Source of the DNA: Chiloscyllium plagiosum
Taxonomy: Eukaryota
DNA: 64,000 nucleotides
Direction: 5' to 3'
NCBI RefSeq assembly: GCF_004010195.1
Contig: NC_057719.1
Coordinates: 14,320,364 to 14,384,363, forward strand
The notes beneath the pieces were generated by a model. It searched no databases. It saw only the letters and a program-made list of their open reading frames with translations, and was not told the DNA's origin. Shown here one piece after another: positions 52,070 to 64,000 of the stretch; position 1 is the first letter of the stretch, and each line of letters starts with the position of its first letter. The translations under genes and the position numbers were made by a program.

Positions 52070-52656
52070 GCAAAAGTGAAGACTGCAGATGCTGGAAACC
52101 AGAGTCTAGATTAGAGTGGTGCTGGAAAAGCACTACAGGTCAGGCAGCATCTGAGGAGCAGGAAAATTGACGTTTCGGGCAAAAACGCTTTAGGGAACAT
52201 CTCTGGGACACCCGCACCAATCAACCCCACCACCCCACGGCCCAACATTTCAACTCGCCCTCCCACTCTGCCGAGGACATGCAAGTGCTGGGACTCCTCC
52301 ACCGCCACTCCCTCACCACCTGGAGGAAGAACGCCTCATCTTCTGCCTCAGAACACTTCAACTCCAGGGCATCAATGTGGACATCACCAGTTTCCTCATT
52401 TCTCCTCCCCCCACCTTACCCCAGTTCCAACCTTCCAGGTCAGCACCATCCTCATGACCTGTCCTACCTGCCAATCTTCCTTCCTATCTATCCTCTCCAC
52501 CCTCCTCTTTGACCTATCACCTTTATCCCCACCTCCATCCACCAATTGTACTCTTTGCTACCTTCTCCCGAGCCCCAACCCCCTCCCATTTATCTCTCCA
52601 CCCCAGAGGCTCCCTCCCTTCATTCCTGATGAAGGGCTTTTGCCCAAAACGTCGAT
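52070..52656 (+). mobile_element. Penelope-like 3' part with inverted family A terminus and 15-bp TSD
   Basis: TSD tctcaaacaaactgg at 52055-52069 and 52657-52671; ends just after the hammerhead motif at 52622-52657. Confidence 0.85.
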
Positions 52657-52964
52657 TCTCAAACAAACTGGCCAACACTTCTATTTTACAGCCAGACTTG
52701 AATTTGTTTGATCAGATCTCACCAGGCTACGCAAATGCCATGGATAGTCAAGCAGTTTAGCTGAACATGAAATATTTAACCCCGATGCTTTGATCCACCT
52801 TGCCTGAATCACAACTGACTTTTGTTGCTCATCAGCAATCAACCACACTGACAGAGAGGTTAGTCATCAATATTGTCTGATACTTTCAAATCAAGGTGTG
52901 TGGTGAAGCAGGAAATAAAGGGAAATAAAAAATTAAATAAAAAGGAAAACATGCTGTCTGATCT

Positions 52965-55745
52965 AATCCTTAGAAGAGTATAAAGGCAGTAGGAGTATAC
53001 TTAAGAGGGAAATCAGGAGGGCAACAAGGGGACATGAGATAGCTTTGGCAAATAGGGTTAAGGAGAATCCAAAGGGTTTTTATAAATACATTAAGAACAA
53101 AAGGGTAACCCGTGAGAGAATAGAGCCCCCTCAAAGATCAGCCTTTGTGTGGAGCCGCAGGAGATGGGGGGAGATACTAAACGAGCATTTTGCATCAGTG
53201 TTTACTGTGGAAAAGGCCATGGAAGGTATAGAATTGAGGAAATAGATGGTGACATCTTGAAAAATGCCCATATGACAGAGGAGGAGGTACTGGATGTCTT
53301 GAAACGTATAAAAGTGGATATATCCCCAGGAACTGATCAGGTGTACCCTAGAACTCTATGGGAAGCTAGGGAAGTGATTGCTGGGCCCCTTGCTGAGATA
53401 TTTGTATCATCGATAGTCACAGGTGGAGTGCCAGAAGACTGGAGGTTGGCTAACGTGGTGCCACTATTTAACAAAGGTGGTAAGGACAAGCCAGGGAACT
53501 GTAGACCTCCATCAACATGGTGAGCCTGATGTTGTTGGAGGGAATCCTGAGGGACAGGATTTACATATATTTGGAAAGGCAAGGACTGATTAAGAATAGT
53601 CAGCTTGGCTTTGTGCGTGGGAAATCATGTTTCATGAACTTGGTTGAGTTTTTTGAGGAAGTAACAAAGAGGATTATTAAATTCTTTGAGGAGGTGACCA
53701 AGCATGTGGATGAGGTTAGAGCAGTGGATGTAGTATACATGGATTTTAGTAAGGCATTTGATAAGGTTCCCCATGGTAGGCTTATGCGGAAAGTCAGGAG
53801 GCAGGGCTGAGGAGTGGCAGATGGGGTTCAACCCTGCCAAGTGTGAGGTTGTCCATTTTGGAAGAACAAATAAGTATGCGGAATACAGGGTTAATGGTAG
53901 GGTTCTTAGTCAGGTGGAGGAACAGAGGGATCTTGGGGTCTATGTACATAGATCTTTGAAGGTTGCCACTCAGGTGGATAGAGTTTGTAAGAAGGCCTAT
54001 GGAGTATTATCGTTCATTAGCAGAGGGATTGAATTCAAGAGTCGTGAAGTGATGTTGCAGCTGTACAGGACTTTGGTTAGGCCACAGTTGGATTACTGTG
54101 TGCAGTTCTGGTCGCCTCACTTTAGGAAGGATGTGGAAGCTTTGGAGAGGGTGCAGAGGAGATTTACCAGGATGTTGCCTGGAATGGAGAGGAAGTCGTC
54201 CGAGGATAGGTTGAGAGTTCTCGGCCTTTTCTCGTTGGAACGGCGAAGGATGAGGGGTGACTTGATAGAGCTTTATAAGATGATCAGAGGAATAGGTAGA
54301 GTAGACAGTCAGAAACTTTTTCCCCGGGTACAACAGAGTGTTACAAGGGGACATAAATTTAAGGTGAAGGGTGGAAGGTATAGGGGAGATGTCAGGGGTA
54401 GGTTCTTTACCCAGAGAGTGGTGGGGGCATGGAATGCGCTGCCTGTGGGAGTGGCAGAGTCAGAATCATTGGCGACCTTTAAGTGGCAATTGGATAGGTA
54501 CATGAATGGGTGCTTAAGCTAGGACAAATGTTCGGCACAACATCGTGGGCCGAAGGGCCTGTTCTGTGCTGTATTGTTCTATATTCTATGTTCTATGTTC
54601 TGTGATTGATGAGGGCAGAGCAGTGGACGTGAACTATACAGACTTCAGTAAGGCGTTCGATAAGGCTCCATGGGACACTGGTTCACAAGGTTAGATCTCA
54701 TGGAATGCAGGGAGAACTAGCCATTTGTATACAGAACTGGCTCAAAGTAGAAGACAGAGGGTGGCGGTGGAGGGTTGTTTTTCAGACTGGAGGCCTGTGA
54801 CCAGTGGTGTGTCACAAGGACCGGTGCTGGGCCCACTATTTTTGTCATTTATATAAATGATTTGGATGTGAACATAGGAGGTATAGTTAGTAAATTTGCA
54901 GGTGACACCAAAATTGGAAGTGTAGTGGACAGCGAAGAAGGTTACCTCAGATTACAACGGATCTTGATCAGATGGCCTAATGGGCTGAGGGGTAGCAGAT
55001 GGAGTTTAATTTAGATAAATGCGAGGTGTTGCATTTTGGAAAAGCAAATCAGAGCAGAACTTATATATTTAATGGTAAGGTCCTAGGGAGTGTTGCTGAA
55101 TAAAGAGACCTTAGAGTGCAGGTTCATAGTTGCCTGAAAGTAGAGTTGCTGGTAGATAGGATCATGAAGGCGGCATTTGGTATGCTTACCTTTGTTGGTC
55201 AGAGTATTGAGTACAGGACATTAGTTAGGCCACTATTGGAATATTGTGTGCAATTCTGGTCTCCTTCCTATTGGAAGGATGTTGTGAAACTTGAAAGGGT
55301 TCAGAAAAGATTTACAAGAATGCTGCCAGGGTTGGAGGATTTGAGTCATAGGGAAAGGATGAACAGGCTCGGGTAGTTTTCCCTGGAGGGTCAGAGTCTG
55401 AGCAATGGCCTTATAGAGGATTATAACATCATGATGAGCATGAATAGAATAAATAGACCAGGCATTTTCCCTGGGGTGGGTGAGTCCAGAACTAAAGGGC
55501 AAGGTTTAGGGTGAGAGAGGAAAGGTATAAAAGGGACCTAAGGGGCAACTTTTTTACATAGAGGGTGGTATGTGTATAGAATGGGCTGCCAGAGGAAGTG
55601 GTGAAGGCTTTTAAAAGGTAAATGAAGGGGAAGAGTTTAGAGGGATATGGGCAAATGGGACTAGATTAGGTTAGGATATCTGGTCGGCATGGACAAGTTG
55701 GACCGAAGGGTATGTTTCCATGTTGTACATCTCTATGACTCTATA
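52965..55745 (+). mobile_element. CR1 LINE (RT and 3' end) with a younger CR1 nested at 53676-54600
   Basis: NPKGFYKYI, SPGTDQVYPRTL, VPEDWRLANVVPLF, VSKFAGDTKIG. Confidence 0.92.
53676..54600 (+). mobile_element. Young 5'-truncated CR1 with internal deletion, ending in (TTCTATG)n
   Basis: Open frame AEEWQMGFNPAKC...LDRYMN of over 200 aa; microsatellite tail. Confidence 0.9.
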
Positions 55746-55749
55746 TAAG

Positions 55750-56465
55750 AAGTTTCAGAGCTGATAAAGAGAGATTGGATAGACTGAAGTTGTTTTTTTC
55801 TTAAAGCAAGAGGAGCCTATAATGATGAGCTGTATAAAATTATGAGTGGTTTCGGTAGGGTAGACAGGAAGAAACTTTTGCCCTTGATGGAGTGATCAGT
55901 GACCGGGGGCACAGGTTTAAGGTAAGGAGCAGGAGCTTTAGAGGGAACTTGAGGAAAATTCTTTTCACCCTAAGGGTAGTGAGAATCTGGAGCTCATTGT
56001 CTACCAGGGTGGTACAGGCAGAAAGCTTCATAGTATTTAATAAGCCTTCAGATATGCATCTGCAAGGTCAAGGCATACAAGGGCGAGAGGGTCTGTTTCC
56101 ATGTTAGCCCTTGGCCTTGTATGGAGAAAGTGAGGACTGCAGATGCTGGAGATCAGAATCAAGAGTGTGGTGCTGGAAAAGCACAGCTGGTCAGGCAACA
56201 TCTGAAGAACTGGAGAGTCGATGTATTGGGCAAGAGCCCTTCATCATGAAATGACTCATGCCTGAAACATTGATTCTCCTGCTCCTCGGATGCTGCTTGA
56301 CCAGCTGTGCTTTTCCAGCACCACATTCTTGATTCTGATCTCCAGCATTTGCAGTCCTCACTTTCTCCATACAAGGCTATGGGCTAAGTGCTGGGAAATA
56401 GGATTGGAATAGTTTGGTGACTGGAGTGAATGTGATGGTCCTGTGCTGTAGACCTGTATGACTCT
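55750..56465 (+). mobile_element. CR1 3' fragment interrupted by a fold-back family A insertion
   Basis: RGHRFKVRSRSFRGNLRK remnant; tail resumes after 56368. Confidence 0.75.
56124..56367. mobile_element. Fold-back family A insertion
   Basis: About 100-bp inverted arms gagaaagtgaggactgcagatgctgg / ccagcatttgcagtcctcactttctc. Confidence 0.85.
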
Positions 56466-57869
56466 TTGTGATACAGTGGGCAGAACTAATAGTAAAATCA
56501 TAACCTATAAATTAACTGGAAAGCTAACCATTCACAATTTCCATTTTCAGTAAACAGGTTAAGTCTCAATGTTGAAAAGGACAGTACTGAATATGTGGTT
56601 AAAATTCCATTTTGAGATTCTACAGTGTGTAATCTTTACTTAATGGATTTAAAGCCCATTCTCTCAGGGCTGATCACAGAGTGTGCACAGTGGAGAGGAA
56701 TAGACAGCCTTTTCCTCTCCCTTGCCACCTTATTCTGAAGTTTATATTCAGGATTCAATTACATAGTTATTGATACCTCACAACGATATTTAAAATGCAG
56801 ACATGAAGCCTGATTTCCTCTTTATTTCAATGTCCCTAAGTGAATTCCTGAGGCATTCATATTAATGGGTCTTCAGTCTGGATTCATTCATTAAACACTC
56901 TGCAAGCTTTATAACGCTATAATTATTAACCAACAAGTCATTGAATTTACTTATGCAAGTATAAGCATTCCAAAGGGACAGCTGCCTCCATGATAGTCTG
57001 GTCCACTCAATCACTTCTAATACCCTTGTTACATAAAAAGTTTGACAAAATTAAAGCTTGTTGAATAAAAATGACAGTAGCAGCATGGTTGTGAAGATGG
57101 CCAAGTGACAGGAGGTGGAGGTCAGAGATGAGTTGTTGCTTTTCAGACTAGCTTAATGTACACAGTGAAGTTTCCTTAGTAATCTGGATCAGGATCACCG
57201 CTTTTCTTGATCTGTGTTGATTATGGAGACTTGGAAGTGCAGGGCACAATTCCAAAACTTAGAGTGCACAAAACTTGGAAGTGTTGCAAATTGTGTGGAG
57301 GTAAGTAATAGATAACAATAGCGCTCATCAGCAGTTTCTACATTTTGTACAACTTCTAGAAACAGAGCTGAATTCTGATAAAGTTCACTCTGTATTAATT
57401 CTGGGGACTTTCACAGAGGGTTTCTGTCTCTGAGCCCCAGAGACATTTCTCACATTGTTATCTGAAAGCAACCTATCAATAATGTACCATGTCTCTGTGG
57501 TACCTCTCTTGTCCTAGATACACTCTCGCCAGAGGAAGGAGCACTTCCCACTGCGGGATATGCTGGGATTCCCAGCACCAGTGCTATCTTTAAAGCCCAG
57601 CTTTGTATTAAGCCAAATTCTGCCAGCCAGGAGTTGACATTTACTTAGAGTGTAGCGAGAGAAGAGAGAAAAATAAATGCCATTTGAGGCACAGAAGTGA
57701 CCCAGCTGACATCCATTAGAAATGCAAAAGCGCATTCATAAATTTATTGGTGTTTAAGAAACAAACTACATAGGTTACCAGTCCTCAGCCTTACCTATCT
57801 TAGAAACCTGTCTTTTTGAGGGGGCAAGGCAGAAGGGAAGCAAGAGAAGGTAAAGACGATGTAAGCACG

Positions 57870-58920
57870 TTACGGGTATGGTGCCAATCAAGCGGGCTGC
57901 TTCGTCCTGCACGGTGTCAAGCTTGAGTGTTGTCGGGGCTATACCCATCCAGGCAAGTGGGCAGTATTCCATCACACTCCTGAATTGTGCCTTGTAGATA
58001 GTGGAGAAAGTGAGGTCTGCAGATGCTGGAGATCAGAGCTGAAAAGCAACAGGTCAGGCAGCATCCAGGGAACAGGAGAATCGAGGTTTCGGGCATAAGC
58101 CCTTCTTCAGCCTGAAGAAGGGCTTATGCCCGAAACCTCGATTCTCCTGTTCCCTGGATGCTGCCTGACCTGTTGCGCTTTTCCAGCACACATTTTCAGC
58201 CTTGTAGATAGTGGCCAGTTTTTAGTGAGTCAGGTGGTGAGTATTCCTAGCCTCTGACATGCCCTTGTAGCCACTATGTTTATGTAGTTAGTCCAGTTGC
58301 ATTTCTGGTAACCTCCAGGATGCTAATGGTGGGGGATTCAGTGACAGTAACACCATTGAATATCAAGGGGCGGTCATGTCTTTTATTGGTGATGGTCATA
58401 GTCTGGTGTTTGTGTGATGCAAATATTACTTATCACTTATCAGCCCAAGCTTGGATATCATCCAGGTCTTGCTACATCTTGATACTTCTGTATCTGAGGA
58501 GTCACAAATGGTGTTGAACAATGTGTAATCATTTGTGAACATCCCCACTTCTGACTTTATGATGGATGAAGCAGCCAAAGATGATTGGGCCTCGGACCCA
58601 ACACTAAGGAACTCCTGTCGAGATGTCCAGAAGCTGAGAGGACTGACTTTCACCAACCACAACCATCTTCCTATGTGCCAGGTATTATTTTAAACATTGG
58701 GAGAGCTAACCCCCCTGACATTTCAGCTCCTTTGAACCAAGACTGTAATGGGGTCAGGAGCTGAGTGGCCCTGGCAGAACCCAAACTGGGTGTCACTGAG
58801 CAGGTTATTGCTGAGCAGGTAATAGCACTGTTGATAACATCTTCCATCACTTTACGGATGATCGAGATTAGGCTAATGGGGCGGGAATTGACTGGATTGG
58901 ACTTGTCGTGCTTTTTTATA
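57870..58920 (-). mobile_element. L2/CR1-group LINE RT fragment (a family distinct from HER1)
   Basis: VMEYCPLAWMGIAPTTLKLDTVQDEAARLIG and VGMFTNDYTLF remnants. Confidence 0.7.
58005..58198. mobile_element. Fold-back family A insertion containing a perfect 131-bp palindrome; 16-bp TSD
   Basis: Arms 58046-58110 and 58112-58176 are exact reverse complements; TSD gccttgtagatagtgg at 57989-58004 and 58199-58214. Confidence 0.92.
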
Positions 58921-59049
58921 GAGTATCCTGGATATCATTAGGATGTAGGTACTTCTGCAACCTCTCCACGTCCTGGGAATCCCAACCTTTCACCCCCCAA
59001 AACACTGAATCCTTGATGGGTTATATTCTCTAGATACCAATCCAACCAT

Positions 59050-59375
59050 AAGATCAAGACATAGGAGCAGAAAATAGGCCATTTAGTTCATTGAGTCTGC
59101 TCCACCATTCAGTCATAGCAGAGAAGTTTCTCAACCCCGTTCTCCCACTTTCTCCCCATAACCCTTGATCCCTTTGAAAGTCAAGAACCTGTCTATCTCA
59201 GTCTTAAATATACTCAATGACCTGGTCTCCACAACCTTCTGTGGCAATGAATTCCATAGATTCACCACAGTCAGGCTGAAGAAGTTTCACCTTATCTCCA
59301 TTCTAAAAGGTCTTCCCTTTACTCTAAGGCTGTGCCTTTGGTCCTAGTCTCTCCTAGCAATGGAAACACTTTCCC
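59050..59375 (-). mobile_element. CR1 3' fragment (same family as 24305-25830)
   Basis: Reverse-complement similarity to 25490-25830. Confidence 0.8.
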
Positions 59376-60649
59376 AACAGGCTCCAATATCTCATCCAAC
59401 TGGCCATTAGAATGTGTGTCATTCTTAAATAATGGTAAGCAATCTGATCATTGAAAGCCACGTTCATGAAACCCAGCCCTGTCTGAATCTGGCATATATA
59501 CAGATATTGCCAATCGGAATCTAAATTACAACTGGGGGCAGGGACTCCACTCCATTCCACCCTCTCTCAAACTAACCAATTTCAATTTTGGTGATTCTAA
59601 TACCACTCCAACAAGGAAAATACATAACTTATCTGGTCTGAGTTGCTTAGCTGCTTATTTTGGGAAAACAAAGGAGAAAGGGCCATGTTCCCACAGTTTA
59701 AAGTGTTTTGGGAAAGTCAATCAAGTGGGTTCACATTCTATCTTAATGACTACTTAGATAAGAGTTCAAATCTACAGAGTCTAATTGGATAAAGCACTCT
59801 TCTTCATGTTTACAAGCATCCTACATCTGAGAGAAAAAATATCAGATGTAGCATTTTAAAATAACAATAGCAGGAACTGTAAGCACATAAAACTTCTTTA
59901 AATAAACATGATGCAATTGTCAGCCTCTATCAGCGAGACAGAGCAATCTACCAAGTATTTGTTTCACTGGGGCTCAGATGTTTCAACACTTTAATGGATA
60001 ACTGAGATCTCAGCCAACCCTAACCCTATATTGCTTGATTGGCTGATGATCTCCAACATTTTGTGTTTTCATTTCAGTTCATTGCCATTTGCAATATTAT
60101 TATTTTGTATGGGATGGTTGTGATTTGTTCTTAGAGGAAAAAAAGTGGAAAGGTGATTTGGTCGAGATGTTCAAATCTAGAGGAACCTGGCCAGAGTGGC
60201 TAGACAGAAATTGTTCCTGGTGACAAAAGAGTCAAAAACCAAAGGAAACTGACTCAAGATGATTGACAAAAGGAATAACTATGGTATAAAGAAAAAAAAA
60301 TAAATTTTGCAGCAGTTATTTCGGATCTCCCAAAAAGTACAGAATACAGCTATTTATGTCTTTTAGAGAAGAATTCGATAATTACCTGAAGAAACAATAT
60401 TTTTTTAAAAATCTGCAAGGCTGTTGGGAACAGACAGGAAATTGGGAGCAGATGAACTACTCTTACACAGACAAGTCAGGCTGATTGGCTGTCTTCACTG
60501 ATGTAACTATTCTATAATTCAACTTAATTATCAACTATGTTACTATTCTCTATGTACTGCCTCACTTAACAGTGGGACACGGAATTGTACTCATTCCTAC
60601 ATTGTCTAAAACCATAAGACATGTCATCTTTTAACTCCATATCACTCAC

Positions 60650-60724
60650 CTTGACAACTTGTCTGGTTCATTTTTTTATAGCCCAGAGGACATTCAACCT
60701 GGCCATTCTGTATCTTGGGATATT
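60650..60724 (-). CDS. LTBP2: LTBP2 internal exon (end of hybrid domain), (E)YPKIQNGQVECPLGYKKMNQTSCQ
   Basis: Polypyrimidine tract + AG acceptor (tttctctatctcttag) and GTGAGT donor; 75 nt, phase 1-1; resembles recalled LTBP2 [20 protein letters not shown]; splices in frame to the DINEC exon. Confidence 0.92.
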
Positions 60725-61239
60725 CTAAGAGATAGAGAAATAATCCATCATTATGATTGTTACTATATGAGTCAATATTATCCAGAACTTTGATGGACAG
60801 AAGTAGAAATCGCCTGATTGGTGATATTGTGATCAATGGGCTATTCGTGATCTATACTTCTATCAAGAAAGACTCTCAGCCAGTGCTGGAAGTGTGTAAA
60901 ATTTGCCCTGCAAAATGTAGCACACAGCAAAATCTATGGAGCAGATTTAGATAATTTATTTCAGAACTGAAGTTATCTATAAGTTGCAGCAGAATTTTGA
61001 AAATAATTTGTCAGCATTAAAGGAACATTCAAAACTTTTGAATATTTCTTAAATTATTCTCAGAATGAAAAGTGTTAGCAAACTTACTGAAAAGACATTG
61101 ATCCATAAATACAACCTTTAGTTAAGCTGCCCTTATGGATTTTGTCCACCATGAGTTTTGGGTGTCAAAGTTTGATTCTACACCTATGGTAGGATCTGGG
61201 TGCATAACGACAACTGCTTTGCCCAGGGTTATAAGAAAC

Positions 61240-61630
61240 ATCAGGCCGTTATGTGCACAGCCCAGGCTATCATGGAAGCCAACCTGCCGCAGAAAGGCCA
61301 CCAACATCAAAGACCCCTCCCACCTCAGTAATGCTCTCGTACAACCTCTCCCGTCAGGCAGAGGATACAGAACCTTGAACACAGGCATCAACAGTTTCAA
61401 GAACAGCATCTTCCCTGCTACTATTAGACTGCTGAATGGACCTGACCAACTTCAAGTAATTGTTGATCTTGCTTTGTGAATGTCCTGTGCATCCATTAAC
61501 TGTATGCCTTGCTCTGTCTGAGCACCGTATGATGTGCATATCCTTGTTTTATATGATCTGCCTTTACTGCTCACAAAACAAAGCTTTTCATTGTACTTAG
61601 GTACGTGTGACTACAATAAATCAATCAAAT
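61240..61630 (+). mobile_element. Rex1/Babar-type LINE 3' end
   Basis: IKDPSHLSNALVQPLPSGRGYRTLNTGINSFKNSIFPATIRLLN, then aataaatcaatc tail. Confidence 0.7.
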
Positions 61631-61781
61631 CAGCTCAAAATTAATACTGTCACTACTCCAAATAGGTCTCATCTTTGTTTCTGCTTTATCTAAGAGGCAA
61701 TATAGTCCTAACTTCTGCAGTTCCAATAAATTTCTTTATTTACAAAATACACAATACTCATTGAAATTGAGGGGGGAATCT

Positions 61782-62320
61782 CAGAGTCATAGAGATGTAC
61801 AGCACGGAAACAGATCCTTCGGTCCAGCTCGTCTTAGCCGACTAGAATTCCTAAACTAATCTAGTCCCATTTACTACCACTTGGCCCATATCCCTCTAAA
61901 CCCTTTCCATGCATATACTCACCCAGATGCCTTTTTAATGTTGCAATTGTACCAGCCTACCAGCCCACCAGGATAGTGGGCTAGTGTAGGTTAGGTGGGC
62001 TTGGATCGGCGCAACATCGAGGGCCAAAGGGCCTGTACTGCGCTGTATTCTTCTATGTTCTATGTTCTATGTTCCTTTGGCAACTCATTCCATACACACG
62101 CCACACTCTGTGTGAAAAAGTTGCCCCTTAGGTCTCTTTTAAATCTTTCCCCTCTCACCTTAAATGTATGCTCTCTAGTTCTGGATTTCCCCACCCCAGG
62201 GAAAAGACCTTATCTGTTTATCCTATCCATGCCCCTCATGATTTTATAAACCTCTGTGAGGTCACCCCTTAGCCTCCGACACTCCAGGGAAAACAGCCCC
62301 AACCTATTCAACCTCTCCTA
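61782..62320 (-). mobile_element. CR1 3' fragment with young plus-strand CR1 tail inserted at about 61960-62073
   Basis: Tail family as 652-1075, interrupted by (TTCTATG)n-ended piece. Confidence 0.8.
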
Positions 62321-64000
62321 AAATTATGAAGGGACTTGATAAGATAGAAGCATAGTAACAAACACCTAATTAGCTCCTGAGTGACGTTTGCGCGTGTCTG
62401 TGTCCTGCAAAGAGGAAACATCTCAATCTCTTTTGATCCTTTCTATATCGAGAAGTAACAGAAAACCTTCTGGTAGCTATTCTCACTTATTCAATAATCT
62501 ACTCTCCAAATTTCCTTGTTGGAAGGGAAAACCATAAAGTCAACTTCAGAAGGTTTAAAAGGGCAGATTGCTCAGCTAGTAAATGGAGTAAATGTACATC
62601 CCCAACTTCGGATCTTTAGCAAAAAGAAAATCAGAAGAATGAGAAACAAACCCCAAAGAAAAAAAAAACTCATTGACATCTGTGATCTGGACTGGGGCCA
62701 GAACTATGCCATGCTGACTTCTTTTCCCATTCTCACCCTTAATACTCAGGTCCTGTCTTGTCTCTTTGTGTGTCTATCTGTGTATGGGAATTTTTAAAAT
62801 GGGTACAGTTTGAGTCAGAGAAGTATAAGCTCATAATTCATGTTTCTTTCTTTGTCTTTGGTTTAAAAATGATTAGATTACAAATAGTGAGGCACTCCTG
62901 CCTTCAGCCCTTCCCTTCCTACTTCCAGAACAGCAATGGTGTTCCCCTTGTTCTCACTGACCACCCCATCTTTCTTCTCATTAAAAGGATCATGTCCTGC
63001 CATTTCTATCTCCTTCAACCAGATGCCACCACCAGAAGGCAGCTCAGAGGAGATTTCATAGAATTTGCCAAAATTAAGAGCGGGCTGGGTGGACCCATAG
63101 GGAGAAGTTGATCCACTCATAGAGCCATAGGTCCAACTCGTCCATGCCGACCATATTTCCCAAACTAAACTGCGTTTGGCCCATATCCCTCTAAATGTTT
63201 CCTATTCATGTGAAAAAGTGAATGAGAGGGCATAGATTTAAAGTGATGTGTAAACAAAGCAAGAGTGATGTGAGAAAAAGCTTTTTCACACAGTGAGTAG
63301 TTAGGGAGCAGAATGTACTGCCTGGGAACGTGGTGAAGGCAGGTTCAATTGACACATTCAAAAGGGCCATTGGATGATTATTTGGATAGAAGTGGTATGT
63401 AGAGATGTGGGGGAAAGGCAGGAGATTGTTACTAACGAAGGGACAAAGGGCTGAATGGCCTCTTTCTGCACAGTAGCAGCATTGTGATTCACTATTGTAA
63501 CGGTTCTGGTATGTTTTCACGACGAGGATTGTGGCAGCCTTGGAGACAGGCTGAGCAGAATGCCCAGTGGCTTCTGGATACAAGCTGAGACCCAATTGCG
63601 ATGTCAAGGCCTGTACAGCTCAAACCGAGGGGAGTGAGCCTCCACCTGGGCAGAGACTCTCAATAGGACACAGCCCAAGAGGCCAAAAGACACCAGAGGG
63701 TGACTGGCCAAGTTTTCCATGCCAACATGGCCAACTGCCGACCCAGCTGAGGAACCTAGGTCTTCACTAGACATAGAGGGACAGAGGGGAAGAAGAAAAC
63801 ATACTATGCACACTGAGGTAGCTACATCACTGGAAATAAGGCACAATTTTGTCAATGGATTCACACATACTGTGACAATATTTGCTGCAACATTGCTCTG
63901 GTTAAGTCAGATCCACGTGAGATGAGCAGCCCATTCTAATATCACAAAGATATAAGCTGTTACATTTGCTAAGCATTGCTCATCTTTCATTAGCAACCGA

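Noticed and set aside
53758..54522. 254-aa ORF as a host gene
   Set aside because: It is the ORF2 C-terminus of a truncated CR1.
40461..60724. Assignment to LTBP1, LTBP4 or fibrillin
   Set aside because: [27 protein letters not shown] and CPAGHGY...AEE together fit recalled LTBP2 best; synteny was not available to confirm.

Overview
Eukaryotic, repeat-rich vertebrate genomic DNA, almost certainly from a shark or other elasmobranch (HE1-type V-SINEs, HER1/CR1 LINEs, a Deu-domain SINE). The window lies inside a large minus-strand gene, LTBP2 (latent TGF-beta binding protein 2). Seven GT-AG exons join in one open frame: 60650-60724, 51026-51148, 43062-43226, 40461-40658, a 20-nt microexon at 26256-26275, 23355-23403 and 19669-19767. 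They encode the end of the hybrid domain, a cbEGF, the TB/8-Cys domain and the proline-rich hinge. The introns are filled with CR1, Penelope-like, Tx1/L1, Rex1/Babar and L2/CR1-group retroelements, SINEs, and Harbinger and pogo/Tigger relics, with one 450-N gap. The most notable non-coding signal is a set of minimal hammerhead-ribozyme motifs (CUGANGA-stem II-GAAA-palindromic loop-UH) in at least three distinct Penelope-type terminal repeat families. Many sit in small fold-back insertions with 13-16 bp target-site duplications, including a perfect 131-bp palindrome centred on two back-to-back ribozyme cores. Repeat boundaries are approximate and family names come from motif recognition, not database searches.
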